From Oikopleura dioica (lineage: Eukaryota; Animalia; Chordata), in assembly GCA_907165135.1 (NCBI GenBank), contig OU015569.1, positions 11,346,001-11,410,000 of the forward strand: DNA of 64,000 bases, written 5' to 3'. A program made the translations under genes and the position numbers. Positions 12,569 through 25,200 of the stretch are shown piece after piece (position 1 is the first letter of the stretch; the number at the start of each line of letters is the position of its first letter). The notes beneath the pieces were generated by a model. That model was not told the DNA's origin and did not search any database. It saw only the letters and a list, made by a program, of their open reading frames with translations.

Positions 12569-13986
12569 TTAAATGATCCTACTCTTGGCGCGAGCGTGAA
12601 AGGCTCCATTCGAGACTTAGTGGTCAAGTAACTTTAATTATAACTTTCTATCCGCAAAAACTAAAAGATTAACTAGACTGCTCTAAAGATGGGAGATTGC
12701 AAGACTTCCTCGAGATTGGACGTTTGCAATAAATTCAGTTCAAATAAATTCGTTGGCAAATTTGAAGAAAACCGTCGAATTGTTTCCACCAGAACTAGAA
12801 ATAGCTCTCCTAAGTATACCCTCCTAAGTAAAGTCCCTTTTTTCAGTATACACACCTCCTAAACCCGCCACTTCCCCCGCTCATAGCATCTACCACGGCC
12901 CCGAAAACAACCGGCTCTATAAGAAATAAAAAATTAAAACTCTTTTTGGAAGAATTTCTTGTATATTTCGAGCATGAGGAATTTGAAGAATCGAGGCAAA
13001 GTACTTTTTAAATGATGAGAGCTTGAGGGAGTAGTGTCGTTTAAGTTTTTTTTGTTCCGCCAGCTGCGCTGAGAAATATGAAACATTGACACGTTGAGAT
13101 TCCTTTCCAAAGAGTATAAAAACGGACTAGGAAATCAACAACGATAGAGCATTTCAGTACTTCTAAGAGCAAAACGTATTTTGCAGATATTTTGAATCTA
13201 CTGCAGGATTTTCAGCAAGAGAAATGGATAAAGTGAGACTTTAATCGGAAAATAAAGAGGCCTGCGTAGAAACCTGTCTCAGGGTCCTGAAAATTTGCAA
13301 CAGTGTTTATTATAGACTATGATTCAAAGCTTTTAGGAAGGATTAGTTTTAGTTCTTTAGGGAGTAGATACGACAGTTGTCATTTGTCGACTCTTTTCTG
13401 AGAAATAAGAATTAAAAGGGGCTGCTCGATTTGTCTCAGCGATCATCTGTGTCTTCTGATTTGCGAAGTTGGCTAGATTTTCGGACTTCGGAGGCGCCTA
13501 AATGCCCTCAAGGTACATGATCAACCCCTGTTATCAATAGTCAAAATGATCTCCAGCTTCTGCGGATCATAAAACTGTATTATACTCTCACCCTACTGAG
13601 CTACAAAAAAGGATAATTGTTAGTGATTTCTGCTAGCTACGAAAATTGACAGCGGTTGCCGATTCTTTTGAATATCGCCATAAATAGATAAAACTTAGTT
13701 TTATCAAATTGACTTAGAGAAACCTTTTCGGCCTAGCGCGGACATTTTTTCAGGGCTCGTGCCCACTTTTGTGGACATTTTTACGAAAATTTGGGACAAA
13801 GAATGTCCACAAAAGAGGAAAATAACTGTAATACGGAAATGACTGGCAGTGTCGAGTGAGAAAATAAGTCAAAAGCATTGAGTGCATTGAAATAATTATT
13901 ACTAAGAAATTATTTGAATGCAAAACTCAGATGCTTAAAACAAATTTTCTAGTTTAAAATCGCTAAAAATATTATTTTTGCTAAAC

Positions 13987-14478
13987 TTACGATGATGGTG
14001 CCGATTGCTGAATTTTTATATCCCAGACTCGTTCCCCAATATAAAACTCTGGGATTGCTCCTCTTCGAGGTCGCGCTCGGGGCTCCTTAAAAATTTTAAA
14101 AGTCAAATTATTATTAATAAATAGACTTACTTCTTCTTCTTTTTCTTCCTGGTCATCATCATCATCATCGGAGTTGTCATCGGTCTGGTCTTCGCTTTCA
14201 GAGTCATCTCGGGCCAAGGCGTCGTCTTCTGGTTGAGGGCCAGGATCGTTGCCCGCTCTTGGATTCAGGAATGGTGCCCGTGGTTGTCGCTTTCTCCAGC
14301 GACAAATCGCCAACGAGGTCAACAAGGTGACCAAAAATATCGCGAGGAGAACCAGGAGAAATCGTGAGGAGGGACCAGGAGAAATCGCGGTTGGTTGCTC
14401 TTCGATCCGCAGCTCCGTCTCGAACTCAGCAAAGGGCTCAGCGGGCTCGCCAAATTGGCTTGATATCATCAAGCACAA
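13987..14478 (-). CDS. Orphan single-pass membrane protein with acidic tail
   Basis: Hydrophobic FLLVLLAIFLVTLLTSLAIC followed by RWRKR and a poly-D/E tract; GT-AG intron near 14090-14130. Confidence 0.55.
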   Translation of the reverse strand: MCLMISSQFGEPAEPFAEFETELRIEEQPTAISPGPSSRFLLVLLAIFLVTLLTSLAICRWRKRQPRAPFLNPRAGNDPGPQPEDDALARDDSESEDQTDDNSDDDDDDQEEKEEEVSLFINNNLTFKIFKEPRARPRRGAIPEFYIGERVWDIKIQQSAPSS

Positions 14479-14931
14479 CCATGAAAAGATGCTGCTGTAA
14501 ACTGATGCTTCCTGAAATTATTTTTAGTAGTGTAATAAATATCTAACGTTGCTAAATACAAATAATGATTGAAAAATAATAAAATTACTTACAATGGGGT
14601 TGTCCATTTCGTTTAACGTGTTTAAAATATCATTACCCAAAATAAACTCATATTCTAGAGATTTTACCATTTTTATAAAGCTTTATTCGCAAATAAAGTT
14701 ATTTTAGCGAATAAAAGCCTCAGAGCAACTTCAACAAGCGAAGTATCAACTGTCAATTGAGTAAAGTCTTGAGCAAAACGCAAGACCTGCTTGCTGCAAA
14801 ATAGAGCAAACTATCTCAAACTTTCTTCTTTCTAGTTCAATTTTCCTGACGACTGAAATTTGCCTTGTTCATTTATTAGTTCATTTCTAACTTATTCATT
14901 TCTACATTTTCCATTACTGTTTTTCTCGCAG

Positions 14932-15242
14932 CAAAATGATTTCGGAAGAAGCCTTCGAATTCATCAACGTTTTCGATGCTAAAAAGAACGCCATCAATAT
15001 GCAGCAAATTCTTAATCACTACGTGAAAACGCAGCCAAAGCGCTCACGAATTTGATCGGGCAGATTGCACGCGATCAGACTGTGCGATACTTGTTGACCA
15101 TGGTTGATGATATTCTTACGATAAACAAGGAGAACATCATGATCTTCCACGAGTATGCTGTTACTCTTGGACAGCAAGCTTGGACTCCCTTCGTTACGCT
15201 TTTGTCAAGACCGGAGAAGTTTATTTGTAATCAAGCCGCTAG
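14932..15242 (+). pseudogene. ATP6V1H: V-ATPase subunit H N-terminal fragment with frameshift
   Basis: KMISEEAFEFINVF..ILNHY / ENAAKALTNLIGQIARDQTVRYLLTMVDDIL..WTPFVTLLSRPEKFICNQAAR; the two halves need a 1-nt shift near 15023; no further subunit H exons seen. Confidence 0.8.
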
Positions 15243-15804
15243 GAAGAAATCAAGGAAGAATATTTTGAGCTTTTATTTAAAAGCCAAAATTCAATAGTCC
15301 CTGAGTGAAGCTAGAATCAGAAACGAGCAAATTGATGAAGTAAAGAAAACTGTTCTAGTCGAGCTTAACGACAAGAACTCTGACTCTTCCTCCACAAAAA
15401 ATTGAAGTTGATTAGTATGTCGTTGTTTGCACTGAGCAATCGTAGATCGGAGCAAATATAAGTTCCGATTGTCCCCGTTTTCATGTCTCATAAAGAGAAA
15501 TGTCGCAGGTAGTGAACTTTAAAAACTTATTAAAAAGGCAATCTGTTAATTTCAATTTTTCTAACATCGCTACAATTGATTGATAAAAAACAATATTTCA
15601 TGTGAGAAAAATTTTTCGGATTTCAATAAATGGTTTTATTTTCAAGCTGTTTCCTGCTTGAGCGAGCTTCCTTTTCATAATACTCCTTTTTTATTTTTAA
15701 GAAAATTTGTAATATAAATTCAAGAAAAAATATGCGTTTTACGCTTAGATCTTCAGTAAAAACAAAACCAAGAGCATCAGATAAAATATAATTCTTTTAT
15801 TCAG

Positions 15805-17636
15805 GGAAGTTATACACCAGCGCAGATTCAAGAAAATTCCGAGAATGGAGCTTCAGAAACCAAGGAAGAAAATAGAAATTCGTCGAAGAAAAAAATAATC
15901 AGGAAGTGGTCTGTTCGCCATGTTTTGTAGTTCGCGAAGGTCGTAGTCGACAAATACAGCGTCCTTTGTACTCTGGACTCGTCCGAGCTGCTCTACGCGC
16001 GTTGCCAAAAATTTCCTATTTTTGCTTATTTAGTATTTATTTGCTCGCTAACCATATTTCAAAGAATCGCTGTCCTAGTCGGCTGTATCCTTGTTGGCGG
16101 AGGAGTTATCTTCTACTTTCTCAACGATGCGCGTCAGCCAATTGATCAGGGAGGAGTTGAGCCGCCGCCTGAAGAAAAGTTGAAATCAACGAAGACTTCC
16201 ATTGATGTTCCCGTCCAGCCGATTTGCAGCAGAGGCGAAGTGCTTGAGCTATGGTTAACGAATGAAACAATGTCGAATATCTTGAATTTTAGCGTTCAAA
16301 ATATCAAAATTTTCTAATTCCAAAGGACTTAGATAATGGTCTAATTATAACCTACCGTCAAAATTAAGGGTGTCACTGCGTTAATTCTGAGAAAAAAAGA
16401 TAATCGAAAAGTGTGAATGTATTTAACCAAATCAAGAGTGGACAGTGCGTATCAGCCTGCGGAGATAAATGCTTAGCAGTCGATTGCTACGTCAGTGGAA
16501 ACGGCTTGGCCATGTGCAAACACATTATCGAAAGTGGAACCAATCCACCAAAGACCTTTACGGATAAAGAATGCGACTTGGAAGGGTATGAATTGCGAAA
16601 TGGAGTTTGCAGCCCGACATGTCCGCTTGAATGCGATGGCAGCGCTTTTTGCAAATTCGACTTTCTTGGGCGACCAGTTTGCACCTGCAAGGTAGGATCA
16701 AGATTTTGGCGACTTATGTTTGGAGAAAGTTTATCTTAAAGTTGAATTAGGAAGGATACAAAATGAACGGCGGCAATTGCGAATTATTTTGCGGATTAAA
16801 CTGCGCTGAAAATGAAAAATGCGGTTATGACTGGATGGGAAAAGAGACTTGCCGACCTGTTCTTCCAGCAACAACAGAAATAACAACGACAACGGAGAAG
16901 AAATGCCAGCCAGGATATAAACTTGCTGATTCGGGCGAATGCGAATTATTCTGTGGCCTAAGCTGCGCTGATGATGAAAAATGCGCTTACGATTGGATGG
17001 GAAAAGAAACCTGCCGACCTGTTCTTCCAGCAACTGCAAAAACACCAACCACAGCGGAGAAAAAATGCCCGGCAAGATACAGACTCGCTGAATCGGGCGA
17101 GTGCGAGTTATTCTGCGGATTGATCTGCGCCGACGATGAAAAATGCGCGTACGACTGGATGGGCAAGGAAATTTGCAAAAAGGTGGAAGCGAAACCGACC
17201 TCGTACGTCCCAAGGTGCGATCTCGATTGCGGCGGCGCACTTGGTCGCTGCGTTTTTGACATGTTCGGAAAGCCGACCTGCAAGTGTAGTGAAGGCGCCG
17301 AGTACCAAAAAGATATCCAAACGTGCATCATGTAAGATTATTTCAAACTCATCAAAAATTTGATTATTTTAGCCCTGCACCCTGCTCAAAAGAATGCGAA
17401 GAAAATGAAGAATGCCAGTTTGATCTTGTTGGTCAGCAACAATGCGTTTGCAAGGGACGGCTATTGAAGAGCTACTTTTTTAGTCTTACAAAAAACATGG
17501 GCAATTTTCATAGCCGTATAAGTCTGGCTACAAAATAATCGACGACAAATGCGAGCTTTTCTGCGGCCGTGAATGCGCGGAAGGAGAGAGGTGTACTTAC
17601 GATTGGATGGGAAAGGAAATTTGTTCCAAAAAATAA
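15805..17636 (+). CDS. Type II membrane protein with tandem Cys-rich (EGF-like) modules
   Basis: TM exon RIAVLVGCILVGGGVIFYFL (from 16065), then repeated C-x-[YF]D-x2-G-x3-C modules (CGYDWMGKETC, CKFDFLGRPVC, CVFDMFGKPTC, CQFDLVGQQQC); stop TAA 17634-17636; 5' end uncertain. Confidence 0.75.
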
Positions 17637-18031
17637 GATGCCAAGACCGCTATTTTCTTCAATCAATTACCGTTAACTTCCTAAATTTCATTAAAAATGT
17701 TATGTCAATAAAATACAATTATCTTCGTCTGATCTTTTTCTGATGAGAATTCCTGCCAACTCTTGAGTGACTTCGTTTTATTGATACAATGTGTTTTTGG
17801 AAGAAAGTGTGCTATCAGTTTGCTCAAGAAGCGAAACACAGTGCGAAGAACCAAGATCGATAGTGTGAAACAACTTGTTCAGCTCGAGTTAATTTGACAA
17901 AACAACAATCACAATTTCGCGGCTAATGATTCCAACTAACATCGACAAAGCGGAAACAGTCCTGACAGCTCCTTGCAAGTGTCAAAGATTTGGTTTCATA
18001 AAATACAAAAAGTGCCTCCACGATTCTCCAC

Positions 18032-18492
18032 CAGAGTTGCAAATTTGCTAAGCTGAGTGAGCTGAGCTGGCTGAGTGAGCTCAGCTCAGCTCAGTGATTT
18101 TGGAAAATGATCTGATCTGCTCAACTCAGCTCAGCTCAGAAAATTTTCACTCAGCTCAGCTCAGCTCAGCTCAATTATTTTCGAACATGATCTGTTCTGC
18201 TCAGCTCAGACAATTATCACTAAGCTCAGCTCAGCTCAATGATTCGAATACAATTTTACTACCAAAAAACAGTAAAAACCAGCTCAGCTCAGCTCTAATT
18301 AGGGTCCGCTCAGCTCAGCTCAGCTCAACTCTCTTAAACAAAAGGTCTGCTCAGCTCAGCTCCGCTCAATGACCTCTGAAAATGTCCAGCTCAGCTCAGT
18401 AACCTCCGAAATAGGCCAGCTCAGCTCAGAGAAATTTTTACTCAGTTCAGCTCAGCTCAGCTCAGAAAAATTAATCAAAATTTGCAACTCTG
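18032..18492. mobile_element. hAT-type MITE filled with CTCAG pentamer arrays
   Basis: 15-bp TIR cagagttgcaaattt, perfect 8-bp TSD ttctccac on both sides. Confidence 0.9.
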
Positions 18493-18987
18493 TTCTCCAC
18501 TACTTTTACTTTCAAGGATTTTCCAGTCGTTTGAAGCTTACTTCCGCTAAGTCCAAGGGCAAAAACTTTCATGCGGTCGAACGGGCCGTCTCGAATTTAT
18601 TTTCTGGGGTACGGTTTTGCTTGGAACTCGAGGAGCAGGGCTTATCCATAAAAATTAATCCGCGTAATTTGGGCGTTGAATTGCTGAAACTCGAGCCCGG
18701 CGGTGCATCCAGTTGGGCCTAGTTCATCCTGATCAAGCGATTTGGGCAAGAGTCTTCACAGGAAGCACCAAGGCGAATTTCATGCTCCGGGACTAAAGGT
18801 ATTAAATGCTCCGCCGCCTCCAAACGTGTCCTTCAAATATTCTTCTTTGATCAAAGCTCAACTTTATTTTTCACCGAATTATAATTGTTATCGTCGAACT
18901 TGATGTCGAAACCAAATACTGTCAATATATTATGATCCTATTGAAAATCCTCGACCGAAAACTGGGCTATTTACAGGACAATCTTAA

Positions 18988-19302
18988 GGAGGGGGTCGAC
19001 GAGAATCGGGATTTCCGTGACCAAAAATGCGGGAAAACCTGATAAGATAGGCAAAATCTGATTTTACTGGTGGATAGAAAAGGCTTGTAAAAATCAGGCG
19101 GCGAAAACTAGAAAAAATTTTGGCGTGAAAAAATCGGTCAAAAATCCCGTCAAAGAAGGGCCATTTTCGCGAAAATGCACCAAAAATGGTCAATTTTTAC
19201 AATTCTGTTCATTATGTAGATTCCAAAAATATAAGATTCATATCCTGACTATGTGTATTAGCGAAATAATGATCACCCCTGAAAAATTCTCGTCGACCCC
19301 CC
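18988..19302. mobile_element. TTAA-flanked MITE (Kolobok-like)
   Basis: TTAA|ggagggggtcgacgagaat ... attctcgtcgacccccc|TTAA. Confidence 0.75.
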
Positions 19303-19995
19303 TTAAGAGAAATCTATGTTACAGTATCGGAGAACAACATAATTTCGAAATAGAATACGCTCTTCAAACTCCTGCCGCGCGATAATATGTCACCCCAGAA
19401 AGTAATTTATCAGCTGTAGTAATCAAAGCCTCGCAAGGATGTTCGACAGTGCTTCGGCTCCAAACAGAAGTAGCGGAAGCTCAACGCAAGATTACGTAGA
19501 GTTGCCGTTTTTTGAAAAAGCGAGAGAGAGAGAAAGAGATTTGGATTATCGTGTCTCATTACGCCAAAAATTGCCACCGACGGAGGGATTTTTTACACCC
19601 TTTTTTCTCGTCTAATTAATTACCTAGCAAACTCGTGAACAAAACGAGTCGTTACGTAGAGAACGGTCACGGGATAACGCCGCCAATTCTACTTTACTTC
19701 GCTCAAGGTGTTGGTGTCGGTCGTCAAGGTAATCGAACTGTCAAAAAAAAAATCTTGAAAAGGGGAAAACGCCACTCATGTTTTGGGATTGGCCCAGTTG
19801 CATTGAAACCGCCCTGCATTGTCTACTCATTTTCTTTTTCGGAAAGAAGCGCGAGCTTGATACGGAGCTGACACACGGACAATACAACAACAAGATTAGC
19901 GAGGCATTATGGTCTTTCTATCCTATTAGATCTTTCTTGAGGATTTATTGAAGCTGGGCACGGAATTCAGCAGATTTTACTTTCACCATTTACAA

Positions 19996-20233
19996 CTGGG
20001 CTCGGCAACCTGTGGAGAAAACCTGAGTCAGGGTCTGAAAGATCTATAATGAAAAGCCGCGTAGCGGCTTTTAAAACGAAGCCGCAAAGCGGCTTCGCCA
20101 GAATTTGTCAACTTTTGAAATAATGAGTTGGTGAAGCCGCTTTGCGGCTTCGTTTTAAAAGCCGCTACGCGGCTTTTCATTATAGATCTTCCAGACCCTG
20201 ACTCAGGTTTTCTCCACAGGTTGCCGAGCCCAG
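19996..20233. mobile_element. Near-perfect palindromic MITE, copy 1
   Basis: Arms of ~100 bp starting ctgggctcggcaacctgtgg; flanks atttacaa/atttacta (8-bp TSD, 1 mismatch). Confidence 0.9.
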
Positions 20234-20980
20234 ATTTACTAATCACGCTTGAATAAAGAGATATGTATCCGATCGCCTTCGCTTTCTTTTCGTTTCTTTT
20301 TTGGCAAAGGAACCAAACACGGAATTAGTATCTCCGAGGCATTCGGCGTCACGCACGTCTGCGGGGCCGTGGCCAACGTCGCCGAGGAAAAACGCCGCCG
20401 CTTTCCAAAAATGGAAACGCCGCGTCAGATGGAAACAATCCAAGAAAGAGAGAACTCAATTTCATGAGTGGACAAATGATAACTCCTCTGGAATCTCTTC
20501 TTTTCTCGTGTGGAATAATAAATAGCTCTGGTCTTGAGTTTGTGCCCAAAAATAGTCTTTTGGAGAAAAAGTCTCAAGATCGTAAACTTATCTACTGCCT
20601 TTTTTACGTTCTTTGTTTTATGGACGAGTTACAGTAGATGCAAGTTCCGATATTATCGTCTGTGGGAGCCATGGGCGCGCGTTTGAAGTTGAAGAGTCTT
20701 AGCATTGAAGTAGCGAACTTTTGCTAATTGGGCGTAACACGCGATGAAAAAACAAAAATGAAATTCTCGAACAAGGCCAAGCCGATCTCAGGATGCAGCG
20801 ATTTGTTGACGCGAATCGTTTTAGGCAGAACATTGCTCTCTTCACACATCTGTGGCCGACATCCAGAATTAATCTCGCCGCTCATGTGAAAAAGTGGCTT
20901 ATTCATGGGAACCATGTAGCGTAATTACTGTCTCTAGACAGCTTAGTTTCTTCAGTGTGAAAATTTGGTACAGTGGCGAC

Positions 20981-21223
20981 CTGGGCTCGGCAATCTGTGT
21001 AGAAAACCTGAGTCAGGGTCTGAAAAGGCTGAAATGAAAAGCCGCGAAGCGGCTTTTTTTAAACGAAGCCGCGAAGCGGCTTCGCTAATATTCTCATTAC
21101 AATCTATGAGAAATTCTGGGGAAATAGCTTCGCGGCTTCGTTTTTGAAAAAGCCGCTTCGCGGCTTTTCATTTCAGCCTATCCAGACCCTGACTCAGGTT
21201 TTCTACACAGGTTGCCGACCCAG
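20981..21223. mobile_element. Palindromic MITE, copy 2 (internally deleted remnant at 21364-21409)
   Basis: Same family as 19996-20233; perfect 8-bp TSD gtggcgac. Confidence 0.9.
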
Positions 21224-22222
21224 GTGGCGACAGTTCAGACCGATTTTTTTTTTTTGATAAAAAGTAAAAATAAATTTTTTAGTTGAGCTTAGTTTTGAGC
21301 AAGAAGAGTAAGTTCAGCTCATACAAAATCCTATGGATAAAGACTAGGATAGGTAGCTAGGATCTGGGCTCGGCCTGACTCAGGTTTTCCACACAGGATG
21401 GCGAGCCCTACTCCTTGCAAATTATCTCCTCTTTCTTGATGTTCAAATTTAAGACACGAGCCAGCAAAGGAAGAGTACTTTATAAAGCCATGTCAAAAGT
21501 AAAGAAGTAAAAGGTACTACAAGTGTGGCCAAGTATCGTATGCTTGCAAGTGGCGTCTGGCGGCTTAATTGCACCGATGATCGATCTTTGCTGAACATTC
21601 ATCACAGATGAAATACGATCCAACTCAAGAGCCCTAACGAGCATCCGCTGCGCTGCTTATCATCCTAGAGAGAAAGCGCGATTCAAAAAATTCAAAATCT
21701 TTCAATCTCGGAAACTAAACTCGGAACAAATTCAAAATCACTTTATTAACCTTCGCGCTCAAGAAATTCCTTCCTCTGATCGAAAATTCAAAATTCAAGA
21801 AAATCTTTATCAATTTTCCACAAAATTCAAGCCCAGTATATATTAGTAATAAGATTTCTGATTGTTAAAAAATCTTTATTTCACTTTTTCTTTCATTTTT
21901 TTTGACATAAATTAATTTAAAAATTCTTAATGAATAAGTTCGATAATTTTATTCATCTTTTGTCAAGGTAAAGTTTTAGGTTTTGACAACTTTCTTATAC
22001 AGTAAACGGAAGAGAGCTTATAAGTTTGATTACTGTAATTGATAAGGGAAAATTACGACGGTGGAATAGGCTGGAGCGGGTGAGCGGACGCAGCGCCACC
22101 TAGCCTGTTGGGGGCGCCGGCGCGACGAAAGAGCAGCTGCACAAAGCCTAATTGGTCACAATTGAAACAAAATATACCAAGAGATCACCTTCAATAGGAA
22201 CTTAATATCTGATTAGTGAAAA

Positions 22223-25200
22223 ATGAGCGAGGCTAGACCACGATATAGTATTGAGCAGATTATATGTCTTCTCGAAGTAAGTAGTCCCTGATGAGTCTGA
22301 TTTTTTTCATTATCGCCAATTCTAGGTGCTAGAGACAAGCCAAAATGGAGAGAAATTACAAGAGTTCCTCATGCGACTCCCGAAGTCCGAAGAGCTGGAG
22401 AATAATGAAGCCATTCTCAAGGCAAAAGCGACCGCTGCCTTTTTCCGCGGCGATTTTCGCGAGCTTTACAAGGTAATTTAACGCTCAGAATGCTCAAATT
22501 TCGCAATAAATATAGATTAATTACTATTTTTGTTAAAAATACAAGGGTCTTCAATTGAAACCCCCTTTTTCTATTCAAATTTAAACACGCTAGAACTCAA
22601 ATTCTGATTCTTTTTGATTAGATTCTGGAGTCAAGACAGTACTCCCCTGCGTTCCACGATCGACTACAGCAATTGTGGTTGAAAGCACACTACATTGAAG
22701 CTGAAAAAGTTCGAGGAAGACCTCTTGGAGCCGTTGGCAAGTACCGGGTCCGCAGAAAGTTTCCACTGCCGCGAACGATTTGGGATGGAGAAGAGACTAG
22801 CTACTGCTTCAAGGAGAAATCACGCGCAGTTCTTCGCGACTGGTACCTCAAATCGCCTTATCCAAGGTAAATTGAAAATTTTTAAGAAAATTTGTATGAA
22901 GCAAAAATAACAAAAGTGACAAATTTGAAGGTTTTAATTGTCTTTTGATACTTGTTTGTGCCTAAATCATCATTTTGGACTTCCCAAGATTCTTGAGTAC
23001 CAAAAGTCAACTTCAATTCTATCGGGAATGCAGCTAGGCAAGCCCAAGATGATGATGATGATAGTGGCCCTTGAAGGGGCACTTGTTGAAAATTATGGAG
23101 AGTGTTGAGGTCAACCTAATTTTAGTCCTCGCGAAAAACGCGAGCTCGCCGAGATGACGGATTTGACAGTCACCCAAGTGTCGAACTGGTTCAAAAACCG
23201 CCGCCAAAGAGAACGAGCTGCAGAAGCAAAGGGAACCACTCTTCGGTACGTACTTATTCGCAATCGCCAAGTCGGGAAGGAGCACGATTTTCATTTTTCA
23301 AAAGCGCGCAAGGAGCGTTTTGTCGTAGGAAAACGGCTAGTGTGATGATATTTCGTCATTCCAAGCGGTCGTCAAAGGCGAAATCGATCCCGTCGTGGGT
23401 ATTGGTAACATTGTCGCCAAAATGTACCTCGAAAAGGAACAAAAAGCGCGAAAACGCTCCCACGGCCTTTTCACAGCGCCTGGGCCGTTTTATTCTCTCT
23501 GACAAAAAAATATGAAAATAATGAAAATGAAAGCAAAAATCACTCATTATACTTAAGCAAGCTCATGGCCACTTTTTTTTTGTTAACATCGCGTTTTTAC
23601 AGTTTCTTATTTTTAGCGTCCAAAATAGATCATAATTAAGGACCCCCCCCCCGTCAACAATTTTCCTCAAAATATCGAAAATTTCAAAAAAACCATATCT
23701 TGGCTTCTTGGTGTTCCTGGAAGTTCAATTTATCATAAAAACTTGTTCGGAGCCTTTTTTGACCAAGAAAAATCTGAAATTTTAGCAAAGTTGGGACTTT
23801 TTCGTCATTTTTCCTCAAAAAGTACGATTTTCAAACGCGATTTTGAGGGTGAAGGAGTCGAGATAGACCCCCAAAAAATGAAGCCTCAAAATCGTTTTTG
23901 GCCCGTAGAATCCATTTTCAGGGTCAAAATTTTAAAATTCTGAAATTTGATTTTTCGAAAAAAGCTGACGGGGGGGGGGTCCTTAAAGAATTATATTAAA
24001 TATAATTGAAGGCTCCTCAAAAACGAACGCTAAAGCGTCAATTACAAATGTAATTGATACTATTTTTTTGCAAATTCGTTTCAAACGGAACTAGCAAGTC
24101 GCACCAAGTGACAAATGCTTTCCGTCTCGGTTAGGCTTCATGTTTTCTTGTATCGTGTTGCTCCGTTAATTAAGACGAATTGCGTTTTTGCAAAAAAGCC
24201 AGCGCTAGAACTGCGTCGATTTTTTGACGACGGAAGGAAACCAAACGCGCAGCCTTCAAGATTATCCGAAACCAAAGCCCAGTGCACTTGGTTATCGCCG
24301 GAGCTATTAAATAGTACCTTTCTCAGCGCAGATTTTTTTTTCGTTCTTCATTTTTTTTGCGCTAGTTCCGCTACACTTCTAAAGTTTTAAGCACTTTTCC
24401 ACTTGTGCATTTCTGCGCGTTTTTTCAGTTTAATTTGAAGTAAGAAATCGCCATTTTCTTTTTTAATTAAGTCATTTTTCTTGGGTGAATGAATTCTAGT
24501 GTGAGAATCACTGCTTGATCGTAATCAGACATGGCAATTTCGCGCATCATTAGACAGATACAACTTGATGAAAAATTAGCTAGATAAAGTCATCTCAAGA
24601 GAAAGTCGTCTTTTTCTTCCCTTGAAGTTTCTTGCCCCTGTAAAAGTAAGCTCACCACCTGTTGTGCTAAAGAAACCGCGAGAGGGAACTGCATGGGGTA
24701 GGGGCGGTTGCAGAGCGGTTTTGGAGTGGTTTTGGAGTGGTCATGATTATTTTCCAAACGAGCTCATCTGCGAAAACTCATTTTCATGTTGGCCATGATT
24801 GTCGCGCGAGTGTCATTATCCGAATTTTCTCCTAAACGTAGTAATCATTATCTGCATTCTTATCTAAGTCAGAATAAATGAAAATTTTTTCCTTGTTAGA
24901 AAACCGCTAGAATTCCCCTCGGCCAGTCGGCGGCTCAAGAATAATTTTCGATGATGTGCTTATACACCCCCGTTTGGATTTTTTCAGACGGTAATGCCCA
25001 ATTGTGGCGGTCAGCACTCGAGCAGTTATCGGCTTAGACCAGTCGAGTCCGACAGTAAGCTCAAAATTGCCCGCGCGTTTTCCCCTTGCTCGAGTGGCGC
25101 TTGCGCTCTGGACCAAGTCGATTTCCCAAATTCTTTTTACAATTTTTTCAGCGTGAAAAATCGTGTTCTCTTTCCGATTTGCGAATTTGATTTTCAATGG

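Noticed and set aside
13200-13320. PAN/apple-like Cys motif (EACVETCLRVLKICNSVYY)
   Set aside because: Short, flanked by stops, could be chance.
20301-20525. Homeodomain-like AFQKWKRRVRWKQ
   Set aside because: No helix 1/2 match and no WFxNRR; lies between MITEs.
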